A DNA stretch of 64,000 bases from an uncultured Gemmatimonadaceae bacterium (GCA_963781585.1 CAWAGQ010000002.1:64001-128000); one strand, 5' to 3'. Shown: positions 1-11,064, numbered from the stretch's first letter. Made by a program: numbers and translations. The notes: generated by a model not told the origin, from the letters alone.

Positions 1-1
1 C

Positions 2-571
2 GTGGCGGTCGCCGACCCGCTCAAGAAGTCCTCGGTGGAGGCGGTGGCGGAGTTGCGCGCGATGGGCCTCGATGTCGTGCTCCTGACCGGCGATGTGGAG
101 GCGACAGCCCGCGCGATCGCCGGGCACGCGGGCATCGAACGCATCGTGGCTGGCGTCCTGCCATCGGGGAAGGTGGACGAGATCACCCGGCTGCAGCAGG
201 AAGGGCGCGTGGTGGCGATGGTGGGCGATGGGATCAATGACGCTCCCGCGCTTGCCCGGGCCGACGTCGGGATCGCGATCGGTACCGGCACCGACATCGC
301 CATCGACGCCAGCGATATCACCCTCATGCGCGGTGACGTGCGCGGTGTGGCCCAGGCCATCAAACTGGCCCGCCGGACGATGCGCACCATGAAGCAGAAC
401 CTCTTCTGGGCGTTCGTCTACAACGTGATCGGCATCCCGATCGCGGCGGGGGTTCTGTACCCGGCCTTCGGCCTGATGCTGAGTCCCATTCTCGCCAGTG
501 CGGCGATGGCCATGAGCTCGGTCAGCGTCGTGTCCAACAGCCTGCGACTGGGCAGGTTCCGTCCTGCCTGA
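2..571 (+). CDS. copA: Cu(I)-translocating P1B-type ATPase, C-terminal part (5' truncated by window)
   Basis: TGD and [11 protein letters not shown] motifs; TM 'YN' (VYNVIG) and 'MAMSS' signatures of the Cu(I) P1B-1 subclass. Confidence 0.93.
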   Translation: MAVADPLKKSSVEAVAELRAMGLDVVLLTGDVEATARAIAGHAGIERIVAGVLPSGKVDEITRLQQEGRVVAMVGDGINDAPALARADVGIAIGTGTDIAIDASDITLMRGDVRGVAQAIKLARRTMRTMKQNLFWAFVYNVIGIPIAAGVLYPAFGLMLSPILASAAMAMSSVSVVSNSLRLGRFRPA

Positions 572-590
572 CGACCAGGGGAGATCGTCG

Positions 591-968
591 ATGCCGACTC
601 GTGCCACGAAGCCAGACGGACGCGGTCACGCCGCCGGAGCGTGCGGATGCGCCGTGGACCACGCCGCCGCATCGGGCGGACGCAAGGCGGTTGGCGTCGA
701 CCCGGGAATCCGCGAACGTAACCTGAAACGGCTGCGGCGCATCGAGGGTCAGGTGCGCGGGCTCCAGAAGATGGTCAGCGAAGACCGCTACTGCGCCGAC
801 ATCATGACCCAGGTGTCGTCGGTGCACGAGGCGCTGCGCGCCGTGAGCCGGGAACTGATGCGAAACCATCTGCGGCATTGCGCCAGCTCGGCGATCAAGG
901 CGGGGCCCGATGACGCCGAGGCGATGTACGACGAGCTGATCGCACTCATGTATACGCACCTGCGGTAG
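591..968 (+). CDS. csoR: CsoR/RcnR-family copper-sensing repressor
   Basis: RLRRIEGQVRG...RYCADIMTQ...NHLRHC gives the C-H-C ligand set; directly follows copA; N-terminal HAAGACGCAVDH extension. Confidence 0.92.
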   Translation: MPTRATKPDGRGHAAGACGCAVDHAAASGGRKAVGVDPGIRERNLKRLRRIEGQVRGLQKMVSEDRYCADIMTQVSSVHEALRAVSRELMRNHLRHCASSAIKAGPDDAEAMYDELIALMYTHLR

Positions 969-1084
969 CGCGCCACCGGCGCAGCCACGACTCTGCCGCC
1001 GGTCATGGTTCTGCGGATCGCGGTTCTCGTCAGGCCGTTCCCAGCAATGTTCCCTGCTCGCTCACCCTCGACACTGCCGCTGTC

Positions 1085-2449
1085 GTGATACGCCTGCTTC
1101 CCCGGTACGGAACTTCGGTGCGGCATTTCGCGGTGCTGCTGCTCGCCTTGCATGCCACGTCGCTCGCCGCGCAGCAGGACGAGATGAAGATGCAGATGCC
1201 GACGGGCGTGCTTGGCATTCCGGAGACGCGCGCCGGGTCGGGCACGTCATGGCTCCCCGACTCGTCGTACATGCACGCGACGCACTTCGCGTGGGCCGGC
1301 TGGTCGGCCATGCTCCACGGCGATGTGACGGCGCAGTACGACCGGCAAGGCTCCCGGCGCGGCGACGGGCAGTTCGGCAGCGTAAACTGGGGGATGCTCA
1401 TGCTCATGAGGCCCCTGGGCGGGGTCCAGCTTCATCTGAATGCGATGGTCAGTCTCGAGCCGGCGACGCTTGGTGGGCGCGGCTATCCGTTGCTCCTGCA
1501 GACTGGCGAGTCCTACGGAGGTCAGCCGCTCCACGACCACCAGCACCCGCATGACGCATTCATGGAGCTTGCAGTGAGGGTCGACGGACCCTTGTCACGC
1601 AGTGTCGCGGTGTCGCTGTACGCCGGTGCGGTCGGTGAGCCCGCGCTTGGCCCGGTGGCCTACATGCACCGTCCGTCGACACAGAACGATCCCTTCGCGC
1701 CTCTGAGTCATCACCAGCAGGACGCCACCCACATCACTTTCGGCGTCGTGACTGCCGGCGTCTACGCCGTTCGATGGAAACTCGAAGGCTCGGTGTTCAA
1801 CGGCCGCGAGCCGGACGACCGTCGCTGGAACTTCGACTACCGCGGACGGAGCCTCGACTCGTACTCCGGCCGCGTCACGGTGAATCCAACCGGACGCATG
1901 AGTCTGTCCGGATGGTACGGATATCTGCGAAGCCCCGAGGTTCTGCATCCGGACGAATCGGTGCATCGGTTCGGTGCCTCGTTGCTATTCGCCGCGCGGG
2001 GCTGGTCCGGCGGCGAGTGGTCGTCGTCGATCATCTGGGGTGCCAACCGGACACATGGCTCAACCCGAGGCAGTCTCCTCGCCGAGTCGAATCTGGAGCT
2101 GGGGAGCAAGACGAGTGTCTTCGGTCGCCTGGAGCTCACCCGGAAAAGCGGAGAAGACCTGGATCTCCCCGCGCAGATTCGCGGTGCCACGTACGGCATC
2201 ACCGTGCTGGCGCTGGGCTCCGTGCGCGAGATCGCCTCGATCGGCGCCGGTACGGTGGGGGTTGGCGTGCGCCCGTCCATCAACTTCATCTCGAGATCGC
2301 TCGCCACCGTATACGGCACGCGGCGTCCGGTTGGCATCGACGTGTTCGTGCGTTTCCGGCCAGGCCGCATGACGATGGGCATGACGATGGATCACGAGTT
2401 GCACGGAGCTGGCGGTCCACGAGCGCGCTCTGCCATGCGAGATGAGTGA
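1085..2449 (+). CDS. Exported Met/His-rich hypothetical protein, probable outer-membrane beta-barrel
   Basis: Signal peptide (SLAA|QQ); MKMQM, HDHQHPHD, HHQQDATH and MTMGMTMDHELH segments; alternating beta-strand pattern; overlaps copCD start. Confidence 0.75.
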   Translation: MIRLLPRYGTSVRHFAVLLLALHATSLAAQQDEMKMQMPTGVLGIPETRAGSGTSWLPDSSYMHATHFAWAGWSAMLHGDVTAQYDRQGSRRGDGQFGSVNWGMLMLMRPLGGVQLHLNAMVSLEPATLGGRGYPLLLQTGESYGGQPLHDHQHPHDAFMELAVRVDGPLSRSVAVSLYAGAVGEPALGPVAYMHRPSTQNDPFAPLSHHQQDATHITFGVVTAGVYAVRWKLEGSVFNGREPDDRRWNFDYRGRSLDSYSGRVTVNPTGRMSLSGWYGYLRSPEVLHPDESVHRFGASLLFAARGWSGGEWSSSIIWGANRTHGSTRGSLLAESNLELGSKTSVFGRLELTRKSGEDLDLPAQIRGATYGITVLALGSVREIASIGAGTVGVGVRPSINFISRSLATVYGTRRPVGIDVFVRFRPGRMTMGMTMDHELHGAGGPRARSAMRDE

Positions 2450-3914
2450 CTCCCGGCGCATCCTTGCCGCCACCCTGGTGCTCGCCGCGGCGCTGATCGC
2501 GCTCTTCCCCGCGCGGCTGCTGGCGCACCCGGAGCTCAGGCGGTCGGAACCGGGAAATGGTGCACACCTTGGCGTGGCGCCCCGCCAGATCCTGCTGGAG
2601 TTCAGCGAGGGGGTGGAGCTGGCCACGTTTCGTCTCGTGATGCGCCTTCCGTCGGGAGATTCGCTCGTGTTGTCGGCATCGCGCCCTGCGGGAAATGCCA
2701 GGAGGATGGTGACCGCGGCCGTCGAAGCGGCCATGGGCGCGGGTGCGTATCGCGTCGAATGGTCCGGGATCGGCACCGACGGTCATCCGACGCGGGGCAG
2801 CATCGCGTTCGTGGTTGACCTGCCCATGGTCTCGTCGGACTCGATGAGGGCGGCAACGCCCGCCGCCGCGTCCGACACCGCCGAGCCCCCGGCCGGCGCG
2901 ACGGCGTTGCCGCGGGCCCCGCCGAGCCCGCCGCCCGACATCGTGCGGTCGCCGAGCTACACCGCGGTCCGGTTTCTGACCTACGTGGGATTGCTTGCCG
3001 GACTCGGAGCCGTCGCGATGTTGATGATCGTGTTGCCCCGGGCGCTCGGCGATGCCGCGAAACACGCCAGCAACCAGGTTGAGATTGCGGGAACCAGCGA
3101 TCCGTCTGGACCGGCGGACGGCGGCATCGCGGATCGCGTCCGAAGGGCGGGACGGCTCGGTGCCCTGGTATTGCTCCTGGCGGCGCTCGCGCGGCTTCTG
3201 TTGCAGACGTCGATGGTCGCTGTGGGACCGTCCGGCGCCACGATGGACCTCGCTACACGACTCCTCACCCAGACCACGTGGGGGCGCGCATGGCTGCTGC
3301 AGGTGGCGAGCGCGCTACTCCTCTGGAGCGCCCTGCGCGCGTCGCGCGCCCGCGTCGGGCGTCGCAGCTCGGCCGCGCTCGTCGGGTGCATTGGCGTCGC
3401 CGTCTCCGCCTCACTCTCCGGGCATCCCGTCGCTGCCCGCGACGGGCCGTGGATTGCGGTGGTCCTGGACGCCGTGCACGTCCTGGCTGCCGGCGGCTGG
3501 ATGGGGGCGCTGCTGATCCTCACCCTCGCCGCCGTCCCGGGCGTTGCCGCACTCGATTCGTCCAGGAGAGGCTCCATGGTGGCGGCCATGTTCAGGGCAT
3601 TCTCGCCGATGGCGCTCACATGCGGAACAGTGCTCGCACTCACCGGCGCGGCCGGTGCCTGGATCCAGCTCGGTGGCATCGGTCCGCTCTTCTCCAGCGG
3701 CTACGGACGTACCTTGCTGATCAAGATCGCGGCGGTCGCCGCCGTCGCGGTCGTTGGGGCGTACAACTGGCGCTCGGTGCTGCCGCGGCTCGAAGCCGAT
3801 CGTGGCACGACCAATGTTCGCCGCTCTGCCTTTGTCGAGCTCTCGCTGGCGGGGCTCGTCCTGATCGTCACGGCCGTGCTCACCGGCACGTCGCCGCCGA
3901 TGAGCGGCCGCTGA
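2442..3914 (+). CDS. copCD: Fused CopC (periplasmic Cu-binding) - CopD (inner-membrane) protein
   Basis: Mature N-terminal His (LA|HPEL) and DGH motif of CopC; multi-TM C-terminus with SGH, HVLAAGGWMG and YGRTLLIK motifs of CopD. Confidence 0.88.
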   Translation: MSDSRRILAATLVLAAALIALFPARLLAHPELRRSEPGNGAHLGVAPRQILLEFSEGVELATFRLVMRLPSGDSLVLSASRPAGNARRMVTAAVEAAMGAGAYRVEWSGIGTDGHPTRGSIAFVVDLPMVSSDSMRAATPAAASDTAEPPAGATALPRAPPSPPPDIVRSPSYTAVRFLTYVGLLAGLGAVAMLMIVLPRALGDAAKHASNQVEIAGTSDPSGPADGGIADRVRRAGRLGALVLLLAALARLLLQTSMVAVGPSGATMDLATRLLTQTTWGRAWLLQVASALLLWSALRASRARVGRRSSAALVGCIGVAVSASLSGHPVAARDGPWIAVVLDAVHVLAAGGWMGALLILTLAAVPGVAALDSSRRGSMVAAMFRAFSPMALTCGTVLALTGAAGAWIQLGGIGPLFSSGYGRTLLIKIAAVAAVAVVGAYNWRSVLPRLEADRGTTNVRRSAFVELSLAGLVLIVTAVLTGTSPPMSGR

Positions 3915-4011
3915 TGGAGCGGAGCGTGATCGCGCCCGTGAAGGACCGGGTGGAAAGTCGCAGTCGCCGATGGTAGGGGATCGCCCGACGCCGCACGTCG
4001 GGTCTTCACCC

Positions 4012-4040
4012 TTGATCCACCTGTTCGCGCGGCGTAGGGT
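4012..4040 (+). promoter_or_regulatory. Putative sigma70 promoter for the leader ORF / cus operon
   Basis: TTGATC (4012-4017), 17-nt spacer, TAGGGT (4035-4040). Confidence 0.35.
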
Positions 4041-4122
4041 CAATCGTCAGGTTGGTGGAAGTCGCAGTTGCGGTCCTTTGCGAGCACCAGGTTCCTTCTT
4101 GCACTTCTCCTTTTCGCGCTCG

Positions 4123-4527
4123 ATGCCCGGGTTGTGGCGGACGGTTGCTCTCGTCACGTCACTGGCCCTTCTGCAGACGCTGTCGGCTCCCAGCGGCTTC
4201 GCGTGCGGGGCAATGCCGGTGTCCCATGTCGGCGTGCACGCGGGGATGAGTGCGCCGACTCAGGCGACGGTTGAGCGCCACGATTGCGCAGAGGCAACGG
4301 CGAGCGTTCCGGCGTGCCCGCAGTGCACGCAGTCGTCTCACTCGTCGTGCCCGGGACTTCCGGGAACGGGGGCCTGCGGTCTCCTCGCGGGGTGCGGCGT
4401 GGCGGCGTTCGCGCCCGCGACGGCCCTTCCGGTGCTGACAGCCGCACTGCCTGACGAAGTCCCTACCCTCCGACAGCGCGGACTGGTTCGCCCCACCGCC
4501 CCCGAGCCCCCACCTCCCCGGGCGTAG
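4123..4527 (+). CDS. Cys/His-rich exported leader protein with C-terminal PEPPPPRA (DUF2946/CutF/CruR-like)
   Basis: ATG at 4123; hydrophobic N-terminal signal; CPQC plus five more Cys; Pro-rich C-terminus; immediately upstream of the TolC gene. Confidence 0.72.
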   Translation: MPGLWRTVALVTSLALLQTLSAPSGFACGAMPVSHVGVHAGMSAPTQATVERHDCAEATASVPACPQCTQSSHSSCPGLPGTGACGLLAGCGVAAFAPATALPVLTAALPDEVPTLRQRGLVRPTAPEPPPPRA

Positions 4528-4638
4528 TCTCCTTCACATCGCGGTAATGGCGTTATGCGCCGGCGGAACATCCCGCCGCGCACGCGACAGTCGCACGATG
4601 GGCCGGTTACGGCCATCGGGCACCAGAGGGAGACCTAC
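4524..4638 (+). promoter_or_regulatory. Predicted mRNA structure sequestering the cusC ribosome-binding site
   Basis: GTAGTCTCCTTC (4524-4535, includes the leader stop codon) pairs with GAGGGAGAC-C-TAC (4626-4638) with one G-U and one bulge; internal hairpin CGATGG(G)CCG-GTTA-CGGCCATCG at 4596-4618. Confidence 0.55.
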
Positions 4639-4643
4639 AGTCC

Positions 4644-6134
4644 ATGTGTGCACATGCGGGACCGCGTCGAGTCGATGTTGCGCATCGCCTGACGCTCAGC
4701 GGCATACTCTTCGCGGCGGTCATCGCCAGCACCGGCTCGCCGTGGCCGGCCCGGGCGCAATCAGCCACCGGGTCTGTCTCAGGACGGCCCATCGCTGACA
4801 GCGGCTCATCACTCACGCGCGGGTCGCCGAGGCCGTCCCCCATCCGCTCGGCCCCAGGCGTCCCCAGTGCGTCCGCCTCGCGCTCTGCGTCGACGCCTGC
4901 TCCGGACGGTGCCATCCTTCGCCTCGGCGACGTGTACGCCGGCGTGCATGACCGCAACCCCAAGGCGGCCGCCGCACGTTCGCTCGCCGATGCCGCGCGA
5001 GCGCGCGTGCCGGGCGCATCGCTGCCACCGGATCCGCAGCTTCAACTCGCGTTCATGAATTACGGCGTGCCCGATCTGCGGCCGATGGATCCCACCGGCA
5101 TGCCGCAGCTTCAGGTGATGCAGATGGTGCCCCTGGCCGGCAAACTCGGTCTCTCGGGCCGCATCGCGGCGGCGCAGGCCGATGCTGAAGGCGAGCGCGC
5201 TGCGGACGTGCAATGGGAGCTGCGCAGCGCTGCCGCGATGGCCTTCTACGACTTCTACCAGGCTGACCGTTCGATTGCCGTCGCGGTCGAGACGCGCCGC
5301 CTGCTCCAGGACATCGCCGCCGTCGCGGCGGCGATGTACGAAGTTGGCGAGGGTCGCCAGACCGACGTGCTCCGTGCACAGGTCGAAGTCGCGCGCATGA
5401 CGGAGGAGATCACACGGATGGAAGCGACGCGGGCGGCCGCTGGCGCGCGGCTCAACGCACTGCTCGATCGCGAACCCGACGCTGCGGGGGAAACGGTGTC
5501 GCTGCCCCGCTTTCCGGAAGCCCTGCCCACAGCGGATTCGCTCATGAGCATGGCGTCAACGAATCGGTCGATGATCCGTGCTGGCGAACAGGACGTGCGT
5601 GCCGCCGACGCAATGGCGACCCGCGCCAGACGCGAGCTGATCCCCGACCTGACGATCGGGCTTCAGTACGGACAGCGCAGTGCCGCCATGGGGACCGAGC
5701 ACATGGCGAGCCTCATGCTGGGCGCGTCCATCCCCGTGTTCGCGGGGCGGCGGCAGCTGAAGATGCGTGACGAGGCGGACGCGATGCGCGACATGGCGCA
5801 GGCCGACCTCCGCTACATGCGCGCCGACACGCGCGGACGCGTTGGCGAGGCGTACGCCGCACTCACTCAAGCGCGCAACCTGGAGCGCCTCTATGCCGCC
5901 ACCGTGTTGCCGCAGGCCGACGCCACGGTGGCGTCGGCGACGGCAGCGTATCGCGTGGGACAGGTGGACTTCATGACGCTGCTCGACGACCGCATGACCG
6001 TGAATCGCTACCGGCAGGAGTTCATCGCCCTCCAGGCCGCAGAAGGAAAGGCCTGGGCGGATCTGGAGATGCTCACCGGTACGGAACTCTTCAATGCCAG
6101 CACCACCGCGCTCACGAATGGAGACGCACGATGA
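4644..6134 (+). CDS. cusC: TolC/CusC-family outer-membrane efflux channel, Met-rich
   Basis: Two OEP-like repeats (LPPDPQLQL; YEVGEGRQTDVLRAQ; YRVGQVDFMTLL); first gene of the RND triplet. Confidence 0.85.
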   Translation: MCAHAGPRRVDVAHRLTLSGILFAAVIASTGSPWPARAQSATGSVSGRPIADSGSSLTRGSPRPSPIRSAPGVPSASASRSASTPAPDGAILRLGDVYAGVHDRNPKAAAARSLADAARARVPGASLPPDPQLQLAFMNYGVPDLRPMDPTGMPQLQVMQMVPLAGKLGLSGRIAAAQADAEGERAADVQWELRSAAAMAFYDFYQADRSIAVAVETRRLLQDIAAVAAAMYEVGEGRQTDVLRAQVEVARMTEEITRMEATRAAAGARLNALLDREPDAAGETVSLPRFPEALPTADSLMSMASTNRSMIRAGEQDVRAADAMATRARRELIPDLTIGLQYGQRSAAMGTEHMASLMLGASIPVFAGRRQLKMRDEADAMRDMAQADLRYMRADTRGRVGEAYAALTQARNLERLYAATVLPQADATVASATAAYRVGQVDFMTLLDDRMTVNRYRQEFIALQAAEGKAWADLEMLTGTELFNASTTALTNGDAR

Positions 6135-7634
6135 TCGACATGCGCAGTGATTCGATGACCGCAACCGCCGTTCCGGCAAATGGAGACAGCTCGGTTGCAG
6201 CTGATGCAGACGGCGCGATCGCCTCGCGGGCACGGGTGGCGGATGCGGCCGCGCTTGCAGAACCGTCGCCTTTCGGCGCGCCGAGTGGCGGTGCCGCACG
6301 GATGGTGGCTCGGATCGCCGTGATCGCCGGACTGCTCGTGGTGGCGACGGGCGCGGCCTTCTATTTCGCCCGCGGGCGAAGCACCAGTGGCACAGCGGCC
6401 GCACACAATCATGGCGCCGCCGCCGCTGCGGACGGGGCCGCTCCCGTCATGCTCGACGCCGGTGCGGCGCGCCGGATCGGAGTGACCTACGCCGGCGCGA
6501 CGATGGGGACGCTCGTGGCCGAGGTGCGGACCGTCGGCCAGATCACGTACGACGAAACGCGCCAGGCCGCGATCGCGCCGAAGATCGAGGGCTGGGTGGA
6601 TCACCTGTTCGTGGACTTCACCGGTCAGCAGGTCGAGGAAGGGCAGCCGCTCCTGAGCATCTACTCTCCGATGCTGGTTGCGGCGCAGGAGGAACTGCTT
6701 CTGGCCGCGCGGCTCGTCCCGTGATGTGGCCGATGGTACGCCGGAGGCCAGGCGCTCGGCAGACGATCTGCTCGCGGCGTCGCGTCGCCGGCTGCTGTAC
6801 TGGGATATCCCGGCGAGTGACGTGGAGCGGATCGAACGGACCGGCGAGGTCACCAAGACCCTGACGCTGCGATCGCCGGTGCGCGGCGTCGTGCTGGAGA
6901 AGTCGGTGGTTGCCGGCCAGCGCATCATGGCGGGCCAGTCGGTCTACCAGGTCGCCGACCTGAGCACGGTGTGGGTGGAAGGCGAGGTATTTGAGCGCGA
7001 CATGTCGTTCATGCGTTCCGGTGCGAGAGTGACCGTGGACGTGCAAGCGTATCCCGGTGAGCACTGGAACGGACGCGTGACGTACGTCTACCCCACCGTG
7101 GATCCCGGGACGCGTGCTGTCCGGATCCGCGTGGCGCTGCCAAACCCGGGACTTCGGCTCAAACCCGGCATGTACGCCACGATCCACGTTGCGGGAGCCC
7201 AGCGCGTGGGCGTGATCTCCATTCCTCGCGCGGCGGTGCTCGCGAGCGGCCGGCGAACCGTCGCGTTCGTGAGACGTCCCGACGGCATGCTGGAGCCTCG
7301 GGAGATCGTGACCGGCGTAGCGAACGACGATCGGGTGGAAATCCTGCGTGGTCTCGCGGCCGGCGACACGGTGGTGGCATCGGCGACGTTCCTGATCGAT
7401 GCAGAATCGAACCTCGGGGCCGCGCTCGGCGCGATGGCGGGGATGCCGGGGATGGAGAAACCCGGAGACCAAAGGCCGGCGGTCGGAGACCAGAGGACGG
7501 GTGCGGCCGGATCCGCCGCGGACGTGAAGAGGGGCACTGGCGCGGAGGTCGATGCGGCGGGTGTGCCGATGGATATGCCCGGCATGACGCAACCCGGACC
7601 CACTAGTCCCGCAGTGAAGAAAGGAAAGGAGTAG
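6131..7634 (+). CDS. cusB: CusB-type RND periplasmic adaptor (apparent +1 frameshift near 6720)
   Basis: ORF 6131-6724 ([27 protein letters not shown]) continues in ORF 6678-7634 ([24 protein letters not shown]); removing one C in CTCGTCCCGT restores the frame. Confidence 0.87.
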
Positions 7635-7638
7635 CGCC

Positions 7639-10600
7639 ATGCTCAAGCGCATCATCGAATGGTCGGTCGCCAACAAGCTGCTCGTCGTGCTGTTCACGCT
7701 CGCGGCGGCGCTGGGCGGCATCTGGGCGGTACGTCGCACGCCGCTCGAAGCGCTCCCCGACCTCTCCGACGTGCAGGTCATCGTGCAGACCGATTACAAC
7801 GAGCAGGCGCCGCAGATCGTGGAGGATCAGGTCACCTACCCGATCACCGCCGAGATGCTGAAGGTGCCCGGCGCGCGCGTGGTCCGCGGCTACTCGTTCT
7901 TCGGCGTGTCGTTCGTCTACGTGATCTTCCAGGATGGCACCGACCTGTACTGGGCGCGATCACGGGTTCTCGAGTACCTCAACGGACTCGTGGCCAAGCT
8001 GCCCGCAAGCGTCATCACCGCGCCTGGGACCGGACGCCACCGGACTGGGATGGGTCTTCCAGTACGCGCTCGAGGACACGAGCGGACGTCTCGATCTCGC
8101 GCAGCTGCGCAGCCTGCAGGACTGGTACGTGCGTTATGCGTTGACCGCGGTTCCCGGTGTGTCCGAGGTGGCGTCGGTGGGGGGATTCGAGAAGCAGTAC
8201 CAGGTGGACGTGGATCCCGAGAAGCTGCTGGCCTACGGGATTCCGGTCACGCGTGTGATGGAGGCCATCCGTAACGCGAACGCCGACGTCGGCGCGATGG
8301 TGCTCGAGCTGGCCGACCGCGAGTACATGGTGCGCGGGCTGGGGTACCTCGAATCGATTGGCGACATCGAGAACGTGGTGGTGGGCGCCACCGCGTCGGG
8401 TACGCCGATCCGGGTGGCCGAGCTGGGGCGGGTGTCGGTCGGTCCGGCGGTGCGGCGGGGCGTCGCCGACCTCGATGGGCGGGGTGACGCGGTGGGAGGG
8501 ATCGTGGTGATGCGATTCGGGGAGAACGCACTCGCCACCATCGAGCGGGTGAAGGCGAAGCTGGTCGAGGTGGAGAGAGGCCTGCCGCCGGGCGTGGTGA
8601 TCCAGCCGGTCTACGATCGCTCCGACCTCATTCACCGCGCCATTGAAACGCTGCGCGGCAAGCTGTTCGAGGAGAGCCTGATCGTCGCGCTGGTCTGTCT
8701 GGTCTTCCTCTTCCACGCCCGGTCCGCGCTGGTCGCCATTCTCACGCTTCCGTTAGGCGTGCTGATCGCGTTCATCGCCATGCGCTGGGTGGGGGTGGGC
8801 GCGGACATCATGTCGCTGGGCGGCATCGCCATCGCGGTCGGCGCCATGATCGACGCGGCGATCGTGATGGTCGAGAACATGCACAAGCACATCGAGCGGG
8901 CGCAGGGCAACGCCCCGATCGTTCGGGCGGTCCGCCCCGTCAGATTCTCGCTCGCGCGAATCCTCGGGCGCCGCTCTGCCGGAGCGGATTCGCGCGACGC
9001 GGATGTGCGGTGCACGATCCCCGCATCGCGGCGCTGGCAGATCGTCGTCGATTCGTCGAAGGAAGTGGGCCCGGCCCTCTTCTTCTCGCTGCTCATCATC
9101 ACGGTGTCGTTCCTCCCCGTGTTCACGCTGGAGGGACAGGAGGGACGCCTGTTCCGGCCGCTGGCGTTCACCAAGACGTTTGCGATGGCCGGCGCCAGCC
9201 TGCTGTCGGTGACCATCGTGCCGGTGATGATGGGCCTCTTCATCCGCGGACGGATCTACCGGGAGCGGGCCAATCCGGTGAACCGGGCGCTCATCAGGAT
9301 CTACCGCCCGGTCATCGAGTTCGTGCTCCGCCACCGGCTCGGCGTGATCGTGGCAAGCGGAATGGTGCTGATCCTCACCTGGATTCCGTGGAGCCGCATC
9401 GGCAGCGAGTTCATGCCGCCCCTGGAGGAGGGGTCCATTCTCTACATGCCCACCACGCTCCCGGGTGTGAGCGTGGCGCGCGCGCGCGCGATCCTGCAGA
9501 CACAGGACTCGATTCTCAAGTCCTTCCCGGAGGTGGAGCACGTGTGGGGAAAGAGCGGGCGCGCGAACACCGCGACCGATCCGGCCGGGCTCGACATGAT
9601 CGAGACGACGATCACGCTGAAGCCGAAGCAGGAATGGCGGAGCGGAATGACGCTACGATCGTCTCGTCGCGGCGATGGACTCGGCCGTGCGGCTTCCCGG
9701 GGTGTCCAACTCGTGGACCATGCCCATCAAGGGACGCATCGACATGCTCGCGACAGGCATTCGCACTGCCGTCGGCATCAAGATCTTCGGGCCGGACCTG
9801 GGCACACTGGAGCGCCTGGGAAAGGAAGTCGAAGATGCGGTTCGCATGGTTCCCGGAACGCGTACCGCATTCGCCGAGCGCGCCCAGTCGGGATAGTATC
9901 TCGACATCGCGATCGACCGGGCGGCGGCGGCCCGCTACGGGTTGAACGTGGGTGACGTGCAGGCCGTGATCGCCACGGCCATCGGCGGCATGACGATCAC
10001 GCAGACAGTGGAGGGTCGGGAGCGGTACGCGGTCCGCGTGCGCTATCCGCAGGAGCTGCGCGACAGTCCGGAGCGCCTGGCGAGCGTGCTGGTGAGCGTC
10101 CGGATCGGGGCGCCGTCGAAGGGCCGGTGCGCAACCGGGCGGAAATGGGAGGCAGATGAGCGGGATGGGCGCCGCGGCGCCCGCCGCCGCAGCGCGCAGA
10201 TCCCGTTAGGCCAGGTGGCGACGATTCGCGAGGTGCCCGGGCCGATGGTGGTGCGCACCGAGGGCGCAGTACCCACCGCCTGGGTCTACGTCGACATCAT
10301 AGGCCGCGACATCGGGAGCTACGTGCGCGAAGCGCAGGCAGCACGTGGAGGACATGGTGGTGCTGCCGCAAGGATACACGCTCACCTGGAGCGGGCAGTA
10401 CGAGTACATGCAGCGAGCACGCGAACGGATGAAACTGGTGGTGCCCGCCACGCTGGCCATCGTGTTCCTGCTGCTCTACTTCAACTTCAGGAGTGTGGCG
10501 GAAACGGCCATCGTCATGCTTTCGCTTCCGTTCGCGCTGGTTGGCGGCATCTGGTTCCTCTGGGCGTTGCACTACAACTGGTCGGTGGCGGTGGCGATCG

Positions 10601-11064
10601 GCTTCATCGCGCTGGCGGGCGTGGCGGCGGAAACGGGCGTCGTGATGCTGATCTTTCTCGATCTGGCGTGGCGGGCCAGGACGTCACGGGCCGGCCGTCC
10701 CACCCTGGCGGATCTGTACGACGCGGTGATCGAGGGAGCCGTGGAACGCGTGCGCCCGCGAATGATGACGACGGCCGCGATCATGGCCGGCCTCCTCCCC
10801 ATTCTCTGGGGAACGGGCGCGGGCGCGAGCGTCATGAAGCGCATCGCTGCGCCGATGGTGGGCGGCATGATCAGCAGCACGATCCTGACGCTGGTGGTGA
10901 TCCCGGCGATCTACGCGTTCTGGAAGGAACGCGAGGTGCGGGTGGCGCAGCGACGTGCCGCAGAGCGCGCCCCTGCGCTGGGCGCCGCCCTCGCCTTCGC
11001 TGGTGCATCGAACATTCCGCCGACCCCGCGGTCGCCGGGGCACGAATACAAGGAGGAGCCATGA
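7639..11064 (+). CDS. cusA: CusA/CzcA heavy-metal RND permease (several apparent frameshifts and an in-frame TAG at 9894-9896)
   Basis: [44 protein letters not shown] and [11 protein letters not shown] motifs spread over frames; breaks near 8014, 9652, 9894, ~10110-10195 and 10344. Confidence 0.88.

Noticed and set aside
9894..9896. Pyrrolysine or programmed amber read-through in cusA
   Set aside because: The position corresponds to a Tyr (TAC/TAT), there are no pyl genes here, and the gene has other lesions; an error or nonsense mutation is simpler.
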